Source: Delftia acidovorans NBRC 14950 (lineage in GTDB: Bacteria > Pseudomonadota > Gammaproteobacteria > Burkholderiales > Burkholderiaceae_C). Taken from it: DNA of 32,000 nt. This document shows, piece by piece, positions 7,312-14,758 of this stretch. The translations under genes and the position numbers were made by a program. The DNA is taken from assembly GCF_001598795.1 (NCBI RefSeq), contig NZ_BCZP01000033.1, forward strand, positions 15,519-47,518, given 5' to 3'. Positions within the stretch are counted from its first letter, which is position 1. Each line of letters begins with the position of its first letter. The notes below the pieces were generated by a model. It saw only the letters and a list, made by a program, of their open reading frames with translations, had not been told where the DNA came from and did not search any database.

Positions 7312-8592
7312 ATGAACCAACTGCATCTGTTTTTGCCCTGCGCCGCCGGCGTCGAGGGATTTCTGGCCGACGAGGTCCACGCGATCACCGGCCTGAGCGG
7401 CCACGACCTCATGGTGGGCCGTGGCGGCGTGATGGTGCGCGGCCTGTGGCGCGACGCCCTGCTGCTGAACCTGCACAGCCGACTGGCCCAGCGCGTGCTG
7501 GTGCAGCTGTCGCAGACCCTGTACCGCAACGAGAACGACCTGTACCGCGCCGCCAGCGAAGTGGCCTGGGAGATCTGGTTCTCCCCGCGCGAGAGCTTCA
7601 AGATCGAGGTCACGGCCCAGCACAGCCCGCTGACCAGCCTCAACTTCGCGGCGCTGCGCGTCAAGGACGCCATTGCCGACCGCTTCCGCGACAGGAAGGG
7701 CGTGCGCCCCGACGTGGAAACGCGCCACCCCGACGTGCGCGTGCACCTGCACCTGACGACCGACGAGGCCACCATCTACATCGACACCTCGGGCGAGGCG
7801 CTGTTCAAGCGCGGCTGGCGCGAGGACAAGGGCGATGCGCCGCTCAAGGAAACCCTGGCCGCGGCCATGATCGCCGCCACGGGCTGGGACCCGCATGGCG
7901 ACGATCCCCAGCCGCTGTACGACCCCTGCTGCGGCAGCGGCACGGTGCTGATCGAGGCCGCGCAGATTGCACGCCGCATTCCGGCCGGCATTCTGCGGCG
8001 CTTCGCGTTCGAGAAGCTGGTGCCCTTCCAGAGGCATGTGTGGGAAGCCATGCTGGACGAGGCCGAGGCCGCCATCCTGCCCGACAGCCCCGTGGCCATC
8101 TATGGCTCCGACGTGTCCCACCGCATGGTGGACTTTGCCCAGCGCAACGCCGAGCGTGCGGGCGTGGGCCAGACCGTGCAACTGCGCGGTGGCGACGCGC
8201 TGCAGCGCATGCCGCCCTGCGAGCAGCCCGGCCTGATGCTGCTGAACCCGCCCTATGGCGAGCGCATTGCCGCAGCCGGCTCGGCCGGCCGCAGCGCCGG
8301 CGAACGCATGGAAGTGGTCGAGCGCGCGGGCCGCGAGACGGCCCAGACCGAGGACGGCGTGGAATTCTTCAGCCAGCTGGCCACCCACTGGAAGAAGAAC
8401 TACAGCGGCTGGAGCGCCTGGATGCTCACGCCCGACCTCAAGCTGCCCGGCAAGATGCGCCTGAAGGAGGCACGCCGCACGCCCATGTGGAACGGCCCCA
8501 TCGAATGCCGGCTGTTCCGCTTCGACATGATCCGTGGCGCAGTCAAGCCCAGAAAGGCCGCCGAAGGCCCGGCAGAGGGCGCCGCGCCATGA
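7312..8592 (+). CDS. THUMP-domain class I SAM-dependent RNA methyltransferase (RlmL-like)
   Basis: Start MNQLHLFLPCAAG at 7312. Motifs DPCCGSGTVLIEA (SAM binding) and LLNPPYGERI (N/DPPY). The N-terminal region is THUMP-like. Confidence 0.85.
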   Translation: MNQLHLFLPCAAGVEGFLADEVHAITGLSGHDLMVGRGGVMVRGLWRDALLLNLHSRLAQRVLVQLSQTLYRNENDLYRAASEVAWEIWFSPRESFKIEVTAQHSPLTSLNFAALRVKDAIADRFRDRKGVRPDVETRHPDVRVHLHLTTDEATIYIDTSGEALFKRGWREDKGDAPLKETLAAAMIAATGWDPHGDDPQPLYDPCCGSGTVLIEAAQIARRIPAGILRRFAFEKLVPFQRHVWEAMLDEAEAAILPDSPVAIYGSDVSHRMVDFAQRNAERAGVGQTVQLRGGDALQRMPPCEQPGLMLLNPPYGERIAAAGSAGRSAGERMEVVERAGRETAQTEDGVEFFSQLATHWKKNYSGWSAWMLTPDLKLPGKMRLKEARRTPMWNGPIECRLFRFDMIRGAVKPRKAAEGPAEGAAP

Positions 8593-9077
8593 AGATCGTG
8601 CTGCGCTGGCCGCAGTGCAACGACGGCTACGAAGGTCCCCTGCCCCGGCCCGTGGTGCTCGATACCAATGTGGTCCTTGACATGCTGATCTTCGACGATC
8701 CGCATGTCCCCCCCATCCGCGAACTGGTGGAGCAGGGACAGATGCGCTGGATTGCCGACCAGGCCCAGCGCCTCGAACTCGAACGCGTGCTGCACTACAG
8801 CCAGATCGCGCCGCGCGTGGCTTTCTACGGCAAGACGGTCGAAGGCGTGCTCTCGGCCTTTGACGGAGCGGTCGAGTACGTGGCCGATGCGCCGCGCATC
8901 CGCTTTGCCTGCACCGACCCCGACGACCAGCATTTCCTGGACCTGGCCAGCCAGCACCAGGCGCTGCTGATCAGCAAGGACAAGGCCGTGCTCAAGCTGC
9001 GCAAGCGCGTGGCCGGCCTGGGCGCCACCGTGGGCAACATCCTGCTGGCCGAGCACGAAGAGGCGCAGGCCGCCTGA
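8589..9077 (+). CDS. PIN-domain protein (putative TA-type toxin family, no partner seen)
   Basis: The ATG at 8589 overlaps the upstream stop (ATGA). VVLDTNVVLDMLIF is the typical N-terminal acidic PIN motif. Length is 162 aa. Confidence 0.7.
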   Translation: MKIVLRWPQCNDGYEGPLPRPVVLDTNVVLDMLIFDDPHVPPIRELVEQGQMRWIADQAQRLELERVLHYSQIAPRVAFYGKTVEGVLSAFDGAVEYVADAPRIRFACTDPDDQHFLDLASQHQALLISKDKAVLKLRKRVAGLGATVGNILLAEHEEAQAA

Positions 9078-9200
9078 CGCCCTGGTCGCTGTTGTGCAGC
9101 AACCACCCAGGCGGCAATGGGGCAACAGCCTGGGTGCGGCCCACTGGACGGCTTTCTCCTAAACTGGCGGCCATGCAGCAAGGCGCAAGCCCTTCTGCCA

Positions 9201-9251
9201 GGAGGACGTCCTCCCCCACATCGGGACATGCATGCGCCGGGACGACCCGGC
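9201..9251 (+). promoter_or_regulatory. Candidate guanidine-II (mini-ykkC) riboswitch
   Basis: Two hairpins. P1 is GGAGG-ACGU-CCUCC (9201-9214). P2 is GCCGGG-ACGA-CCCGGC (9236-9251). A 21-nt linker separates them. SD AAGGAG (9257-9262) and the sugE ATG (9269) follow directly. P2 fits the GG-ACGR-CC consensus exactly. The P1 loop has U where the consensus has R. Confidence 0.6.
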
Positions 9252-9268
9252 TTCACAAGGAGTTTTCC

Positions 9269-9586
9269 ATGGCATGGGTCTATCTGTTGGTGGCGGGGCT
9301 GCTCGAAGTGGTCTGGGCGTTTTCGATGAAGCAATCGCACGGCTTCACGCGCCTGGTGCCCAGCGCCATCACCATCGTCACCATGATCGCCAGCTTCGGC
9401 CTGCTGGCCGTGGCCATGCGCAGCCTGCCGCTGGGCACGGCCTACACGATCTGGACCGGCATCGGCGCCGTGGGCGCCTTCCTGGTCGGCATCACGGTCC
9501 TGGGCGAGCAGGTCAGCGCCATGCGCATCGGCGCGGCCGTGCTCATCGTTTCGGGCCTGGTGCTGATGAAGCTGTCCTCGGACTGA
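9269..9586 (+). CDS. sugE: SMR-family guanidinium exporter SugE/Gdx
   Basis: 105 aa with four TM-like segments. MAWVYLLVAGLLEVVWAFSMKQSHGF contains the conserved membrane Glu. SD AAGGAG lies 6 nt upstream. Confidence 0.9.
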   Translation: MAWVYLLVAGLLEVVWAFSMKQSHGFTRLVPSAITIVTMIASFGLLAVAMRSLPLGTAYTIWTGIGAVGAFLVGITVLGEQVSAMRIGAAVLIVSGLVLMKLSSD

Positions 9587-9598
9587 GCGGGGCCGCCC

Positions 9599-9619
9599 CC
9601 TGCCGGCCAGGCCGGCAGG
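9599..9619. terminator. GC-rich hairpin between convergent sugE and the TonB-receptor gene
   Basis: CCTGCCGGC-cag-GCCGGCAGG is a 9-bp perfect stem. No clear U-tract on either side. Confidence 0.4.
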
Positions 9620-9647
9620 AGGTCGGGGACCGGGCTCAGAACCTGGC

Positions 9648-12104
9648 TCAGAAGCGGTATTTGACGCCCACCATCAGATTGCGCGGCGTGCCGTAGTGGC
9701 TGTAGTAGCCCGCGTAGCTGAAGTACTTGCGGTCCAGCGCGTTGTTCAGGTGCACCGACGCACTCCAGTGCCGGTCGATGTCATAGCGTGCCATCAGGTT
9801 CACCACGGCATAGCTGGCCTGCCGTACCGTGGCGTCGCCTACCTCGCTTTGCCAGTTCACTCCGCCGCCCAGTGTCAGCCCCTGTAGTGCGCCGCCCAGG
9901 CGGTAGCTGCTGAAGAGCTTGACGCTGTTGCGCGGCAGCATGGTGTTGATGCGCTGGCCCTCTGCATTCGTGGTCAGGGTGTTGGCATAGCCGGCAGAGA
10001 CCTGCCAGCCCGGCGCCAGCTCACCGCTCAGTTCCATCTCCAGCCCCTGGGAGGTGGTGTTCTGCTCGGCCTTGTAGACATTGCTGCCCGGAAATTGCGC
10101 CTGCCACACCGCCAGGTTGTCCTGCTTGAGGTTGAACAGGGCCAGGCTGGAGTTGAGCTTGCCGTCCAGGTGCCTGCCCTTGATGCCGACCTCCAGTCCC
10201 CGGCCTTCCATGGGCGCCAGCGTGGCATTGTTCTCGTCGCGTACCCAGGAGGCCTGGGGATTGAAGATCTTGGTGTAGCTGGCGTACAGCGCCCACTGGG
10301 GCGTCATGTCGTAGACGGCTCCCACGTAGGGGATGAAGGCGCCGTTTTCCCGGGCGCGGGTGGTGGTGGCTTCCCCTGTGTCCGGCGTGCTGGCGGTGTC
10401 GCGCCCCCAGTAGATCTGGCGGCTGCCCAGGATCAGGCGCAGCGGCTCGGAGATGCGGAAACGTCCGGTCAGATAGCCTGCGTACTGGTGCTCCCTGGTG
10501 GAGAACCGGCCGCTGGTCGCGAAGTCGGGCACGGGATTGCTGCCGTCATAGGTGAACAGGTTGTCTATGCGGCCTGCCGCCGAGCCGGAGTAGTCGTAGA
10601 GCCAGCTGCCGGAGGTGGGCCCCTTGTCCTCGAAGCGCGACAGTGTCAGGCCGGCGATCAACTCGTGCTCGCGGCCGAACAGCTTGAGCGGGCCGGTCAG
10701 GTACATGTCGAGGTTGTGCTGGCGCGGCTGGCCCTGAAAGCGCACGGGTAGCAGGCTGGTGCCGCTGCCATCGGCCTGCAGCGTGCCGTTGAGGTAGGTG
10801 TAGACCGAGTCGTAGCGGTCCTGGCCGTAGGCGTACTCGACCTTGCCGGTCCAGCCGCCGCTCAGCTCGCGCTCGATGGAGGTGAAGAAGCCGCTTTGCT
10901 CATGGTTGTTGTACGACCAGTTCGGCGATCCGTTCAGGGCGCGGGGCAGCCGGGTGGCACTGCCGTCCGGAAACCGCGACGGCAGGCCCGAGCGCATCGG
11001 CGCATCCACATCGTTGCGCAGGTAGCTGAAGCCCACGGTCCACAGGGTCCGGTCGTCGAGATCGACCTCGGCGATGCCGTACAGCAGGCGCGAGTCCTGG
11101 TGGTAGCGCTCCAGCCAGGCATCGCCCGATTGGTAGTCCGCAACCAGGCGCGCGCGGGCCGAGCCGTCCTGGTTCAGCGGGCGGGAGATGTCCAGGCCCG
11201 CGCCTCGGCGTCCCCAGCTGCCGGCATCGACATTGAGCTGCGTCTGGGGCCTGGCCGTGGGGCGCTTGCGGATCAGGTTGATGGTGGCCGAGGGGTTGCC
11301 CATGCCGCTGATGAGGCCCGTGGCGCCGCGCACGATCTCCACGCGGTCGTACATGGCCATGTGCTGGGTGTACTGGTTCAGGCCCGCAGCCGTGGGCACG
11401 CCATCGATCTCGTAGTTCTGGATCTCGAAACCCCGCGACCAGTAGCCGTCGCTTTCGGCACCCAGTCCGTCGCGCGTGACGATGATGCCGGGCGCGGCCT
11501 CCAGCATGTCGCTGAGCCGCGTGGTGCCCAGATCCTCCAGCCGCTGGCGCGTCATCACGGTCAGCGCCTGGGGCGTCTCCTGGGGAGCCAGGTTCAGGCG
11601 CGTGGAGCTGCTGGACGATGCCGTGGTGTAGGAGTCCGTGCCCTCCGTGGTCGAGCCCGGGGCCTTGCCGGACACGGTCACCGTGGCCAGGCTGACGCCT
11701 TGCTCCGGCAAAGGCGCTGCCGACGCAGGCAGGGCGCTGGCCTGGGGCGCTGGCCGCACGCCGAGCACGCCCTGGGCATCGCGCGTGAGCACCAGGCCGC
11801 TGCCGGCCAGCGCGGCCTGCAGCGCCTGCTCCGCCGTGTAGCTGCCCTGGATGGCAGGTGCCTGCTTGCCCGAGGCCAGGGCGGGGTCCAGCGACAGCGT
11901 GCGGCCGCTGTGCTGGCCAATGGCCAGCAGCGTCCGGGCCAGCGGCCCGGCTGGCAGGTCATAGCGTTGGCGCTGGGCGGCTTCGGCGCCGGAGGCTACC
12001 GCGGCCTCCTGGGCGGTCTGGGCCTGGACGGGCAGGGTGGCGATGAGGGCGGCCAGGGCTGCGGCATGGGCCACGGGGCGCCATGCGAAAAGAGAGCGGG
12101 ACAT
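9648..12104 (-). CDS. TonB-dependent siderophore receptor with N-terminal signalling (STN) domain, FecA/FpvA-like
   Basis: Start MSRSLFAW at 12104, with GGAG 9 nt upstream. Signal peptide present. STN-like segment YDLPAGPLARTLLAIGQHSGRTLSLDP. TonB-box, plug and barrel regions are visible, with the C-terminal YRF ending. Confidence 0.9.
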   Translation of the reverse strand: MSRSLFAWRPVAHAAALAALIATLPVQAQTAQEAAVASGAEAAQRQRYDLPAGPLARTLLAIGQHSGRTLSLDPALASGKQAPAIQGSYTAEQALQAALAGSGLVLTRDAQGVLGVRPAPQASALPASAAPLPEQGVSLATVTVSGKAPGSTTEGTDSYTTASSSSSTRLNLAPQETPQALTVMTRQRLEDLGTTRLSDMLEAAPGIIVTRDGLGAESDGYWSRGFEIQNYEIDGVPTAAGLNQYTQHMAMYDRVEIVRGATGLISGMGNPSATINLIRKRPTARPQTQLNVDAGSWGRRGAGLDISRPLNQDGSARARLVADYQSGDAWLERYHQDSRLLYGIAEVDLDDRTLWTVGFSYLRNDVDAPMRSGLPSRFPDGSATRLPRALNGSPNWSYNNHEQSGFFTSIERELSGGWTGKVEYAYGQDRYDSVYTYLNGTLQADGSGTSLLPVRFQGQPRQHNLDMYLTGPLKLFGREHELIAGLTLSRFEDKGPTSGSWLYDYSGSAAGRIDNLFTYDGSNPVPDFATSGRFSTREHQYAGYLTGRFRISEPLRLILGSRQIYWGRDTASTPDTGEATTTRARENGAFIPYVGAVYDMTPQWALYASYTKIFNPQASWVRDENNATLAPMEGRGLEVGIKGRHLDGKLNSSLALFNLKQDNLAVWQAQFPGSNVYKAEQNTTSQGLEMELSGELAPGWQVSAGYANTLTTNAEGQRINTMLPRNSVKLFSSYRLGGALQGLTLGGGVNWQSEVGDATVRQASYAVVNLMARYDIDRHWSASVHLNNALDRKYFSYAGYYSHYGTPRNLMVGVKYRF

Positions 12105-12212
12105 GCTTGTGGACTCCGGAGAATGGGGGATGACACAGGACATGTCGCGCGAGCGGGTCGGATGTGATCACCCCTGGCGCAGTTTTTTTTGGAGCCCCGC
12201 GTTGACCGGGCC

Positions 12213-13184
12213 TCAGGCCGCATCGATCAGCGTCAGCCAGCCGCCGCGATAGCGCGTCACGCGGATGGGCAGGCTGCTGGCCAGCGCCTGCAGCGCACGG
12301 TCGGTATTGTCCAGCGGGAAGGTGCCCAGCACGCGCAGCCGGGAGGCGGCAGGGGCGACGCGCAACAGGCCGGTCCGGTAAGGCCGCAGGGCGTCGACCA
12401 CCGAGTCCAGCGGCCAATCGTCCACGGCCAGCATGCCGCTTTGCCAGGCCGCTGCCGCCTCGGCGCGCGCCAGGGCCTCGGAAATGGCGGCCCCGTCCAT
12501 CCAGGCGCTGGCGCCGGCCTGCAGCGGGGACTGGGCGCCCAGCCGCGTGTGCAGGTCCACGTCCTGCGCGAGCGCGGCCACCTGCGTGCGTTCTTCCTGC
12601 AGGCGCACCATGAAGCGCGCGCCGTGCGCTGCCGGCACCTGGGCCTGGCCATGCCGGGTCTGCACGGTGAAGGGGCTGCCGGCCGGCACCTGCGCGATCA
12701 GCGCGCCCTGGCGCAGATGCACGCGGCGGCGGTCGGCGCCCAGGTCGATATCGATGGCGCTGCGCGCGTCCAGCAGCAGCCGGCTGCCGTCGGCCAACTC
12801 CAGGCTGCGCCGCTCGGCCGTGGCGGTATGGGCATCGGCCAGCAGGCCAGGCAAAGGCGTGAATCGGTGGGCCACCAGGCCTCCCAGGGCCGCGCCCGCA
12901 AAGGCCAGTGCGCCGCCCGCAATGCGCCTGCGGCGGCGGTCGGGCTGCAGCAGTGCGCTCAGCGCTGCATCGGCTGACGCATGGCTGGAGGTGTGGGGCG
13001 CCAGCGGTTGGAGCACGCGCTCCAGCGAGCCGCTCACCTGGGACCACGCGGCTTCGTGGGCCGGGTCGGCCTGTCGCCAACGGTCCAGGGCCTTGCGCTG
13101 GTGCTCGGTCATGGCTCCCGAGCGCGACTCCACCAGCCAGGCGATGGCCTGCTGGCGCAGGGCGGCGGCCGAGGTGGCACTCAT
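12213..13184 (-). CDS. fecR: FecR-family anti-sigma / transmembrane sensor
   Basis: N-terminal QQAIAWLVE...W (FecR-type), one central TM segment (IAGGALAFAGAALGGLV) and a periplasmic C-terminal domain. Overlaps the upstream sigma gene stop by ATGA. Confidence 0.85.
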   Translation of the reverse strand: MSATSAAALRQQAIAWLVESRSGAMTEHQRKALDRWRQADPAHEAAWSQVSGSLERVLQPLAPHTSSHASADAALSALLQPDRRRRRIAGGALAFAGAALGGLVAHRFTPLPGLLADAHTATAERRSLELADGSRLLLDARSAIDIDLGADRRRVHLRQGALIAQVPAGSPFTVQTRHGQAQVPAAHGARFMVRLQEERTQVAALAQDVDLHTRLGAQSPLQAGASAWMDGAAISEALARAEAAAAWQSGMLAVDDWPLDSVVDALRPYRTGLLRVAPAASRLRVLGTFPLDNTDRALQALASSLPIRVTRYRGGWLTLIDAA

Positions 13185-13702
13185 TGCGGCAGCGCCGTTG
13201 CGCAGTCCAGTGCGCAGCAGGCGGCTATGGCGCGCCCCATGTGGCGCCGCACGGTGATCTCGGCAATGCCCAGGCGCAGCGCGATCTCCCGGTAGGGCAT
13301 GTCGTGCAATTGGTTGAGCAGCAGCACGCGGCGCGTGGTGGGTGGCAGCGACTGCAGCACGCGGTCCACGGCCTGCAGCGCCTGCACGAGGGCATAGCGC
13401 TCCTCTTCCGAGGGCTGGTGGACGGCGGGCTGGGCCGTCAGCGCTTCCAGGTAGGCCTGCTCCAGGTCACGCCTGCGCCAGAATGAGAACAGCGTGCGCT
13501 TGGCCATGGTGGTCAGGTAGGCGCGCGGGTTGTCCAGCGGTGGAAGGTGGCGGGTGGTGAGCAGTTGCACGAAGGTGTCGTGCGTCAGGTCTTGCGCCTG
13601 TGCGGTGTCGCCCAGCTTGCGGCGCAGCCAGCCTTGCAGCCAGCCATGGTGGTCTGCGTAGAGCACGGCGACGGGAGGTGGCGGCAGGGGATGGGCGGGC
13701 AT
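13181..13702 (-). CDS. fecI: ECF sigma-70 factor, FecI-like
   Basis: 173 aa. Region 2 is DLTHDTFVQLL and region 4 HTH is MPYREIALRLGIAEITVRRHM. Translationally coupled to fecR. Confidence 0.88.
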   Translation of the reverse strand: MPAHPLPPPPVAVLYADHHGWLQGWLRRKLGDTAQAQDLTHDTFVQLLTTRHLPPLDNPRAYLTTMAKRTLFSFWRRRDLEQAYLEALTAQPAVHQPSEEERYALVQALQAVDRVLQSLPPTTRRVLLLNQLHDMPYREIALRLGIAEITVRRHMGRAIAACCALDCATALPQ

Positions 13703-13789
13703 GCGGCGGGACAGGTGATGGGATGGGAATGCGTCTCAATTATCACGCCATGCCCTCACTCCCCGTGATTCACCTCGCCCGTGAGGCCC

Positions 13790-14341
13790 TCAGCGGCCCG
13801 TGCCCAGCTCCAGCGTCAGGCGCAGCATGTCGCGGTGCTGCACGCCGCGCTCCCACAGCTGGGTGGTGTAGTGCCTGAGGAAGAAATCCCGGTCTATGCC
13901 CGTCACGCGAAAACCCGCGCGCTGGTAGAAGACCAGCTGGTCGCCAAAGCTGCCCGTGCCGACCTCGATGCGCGGCGCTCGCTGGGAGCGCGCCCATTCG
14001 ATGGCACGCCGCAGCAGGGCGCTGCCCAGGCCCCGGTGGTGCAGCGATTCCGCAACCGCGATGTTCATCAGCTCCCAGGCGGGTGGGCCTGAGGCCTCAT
14101 CGCCGCTGGCGCGCAGCGGCACCAGCACGCACATGCCCAATACCTCGCCGCGCCCGCCGGGGCGCGGCGGCTGGCCTTCGCGCTGGAAGGACTCGCGCGC
14201 GGCAAAACAGGTGGAGCCCGCCAGATAGCCGCGCACCTTCTCCCGCGACGGATCCGCCGACAGCAGCAGCGGCCACGGCGCCTCGGCCGGGTTCAGCGGC
14301 TCTATGTGCCAGGGTGCGAGGGAAACGGAAGGCGCGGTCAT
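13790..14341 (-). CDS. GNAT-family N-acetyltransferase
   Basis: Acetyl-CoA motif A is present: IAVAESLHHRGLGSALLRRAIEWA. Length is 183 aa. Confidence 0.8.
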   Translation of the reverse strand: MTAPSVSLAPWHIEPLNPAEAPWPLLLSADPSREKVRGYLAGSTCFAARESFQREGQPPRPGGRGEVLGMCVLVPLRASGDEASGPPAWELMNIAVAESLHHRGLGSALLRRAIEWARSQRAPRIEVGTGSFGDQLVFYQRAGFRVTGIDRDFFLRHYTTQLWERGVQHRDMLRLTLELGTGR

Positions 14342-14423
14342 AAGCCTGAATCATCCCATGCCTGACATTGGGACGCAGTTGGGCTCCTCTGCGGAATCTT
14401 GACGTGCGCTTACAACTGTGCCT

Positions 14424-14452
14424 TTGCACGGGTGGATCTAGTGGTTTATACT
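14424..14452 (+). promoter_or_regulatory. Sigma-70-type promoter candidate (TTGCAC-17 nt-TATACT)
   Basis: -35 TTGCAC at 14424-14429, a 17-nt spacer, and -10 TATACT at 14447-14452. It lies in a locally AT-rich gap about 100 nt upstream of the 25-codon ORF. Confidence 0.5.
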
Positions 14453-14551
14453 TAGACCTAGGGTAAACGCTTAGAGGGTTTTCCCGGCATTCGCGGCACT
14501 TGAGATGCATGCCGCCAGTGATTGTTGAGCGTCTCAGTAAGGAAGTTCACC

Positions 14552-14629
14552 ATGCGCCAAGCAATCTATTCCCTGATCGATTTCATCCAGCAAGCCCGCA
14601 ACGCCGAGCTCGAAATCGCCAACCAGTAA
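14552..14629 (+). CDS. Candidate 25-aa small protein (MRQAIYSLIDFIQQARNAELEIANQ)
   Basis: It falls below the ORF-track size cutoff. The ATG is preceded by TAAGGAAG with 6-nt spacing. It sits between the predicted promoter (14424-14452) and an intrinsic terminator (14677-14714). No family recognised. Confidence 0.4.
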   Translation: MRQAIYSLIDFIQQARNAELEIANQ

Positions 14630-14676
14630 TCCGGTTGGAGGCAGGTGCGCCCCGAAGCGCGCCCACCGATGCGATC

Positions 14677-14714
14677 GCCCCATTGCCGATGATGGCCTTG
14701 GGGCTTTTGTGTTT
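14677..14714 (+). terminator. Rho-independent terminator candidate
   Basis: Stem GCCCCA (14677-14682) pairs with TGGGGC (14699-14704) and is followed by TTTTGTGTTT (14705-14714). The loop is long at 16 nt. Confidence 0.5.
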
Positions 14715-14758
14715 CTGGGCGCCGGGCTTGCGGGCGCCGGGCTGCCCTGTAGCCCTGG

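Noticed and set aside
9104-9136. 9-bp hairpin CACCCAGGC-N15-GCCTGGGTG downstream of the PIN gene, as a possible terminator.
   Set aside because: There is no U-tract and the loop is long. It could equally be part of the sugE leader, so I did not call it as a feature.
9092-9268. In-frame N-terminal extension of sugE (ORF 9092..9586, 164 aa).
   Set aside because: SMR/SugE proteins are about 105 aa. A strong AAGGAG SD precedes the ATG at 9269. The extension is Pro, Arg, Gly and Ser-rich and overlaps the riboswitch-like hairpins.
12183-12190. T8 run in the fecR-to-receptor gap, looking like a terminator tail on the plus strand.
   Set aside because: No plus-strand gene ends here and no stable hairpin precedes the run. 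On the relevant minus strand it is an A8 tract inside the expected FecI-dependent promoter region. I could not match it to a reliable ECF -35/-10 consensus.
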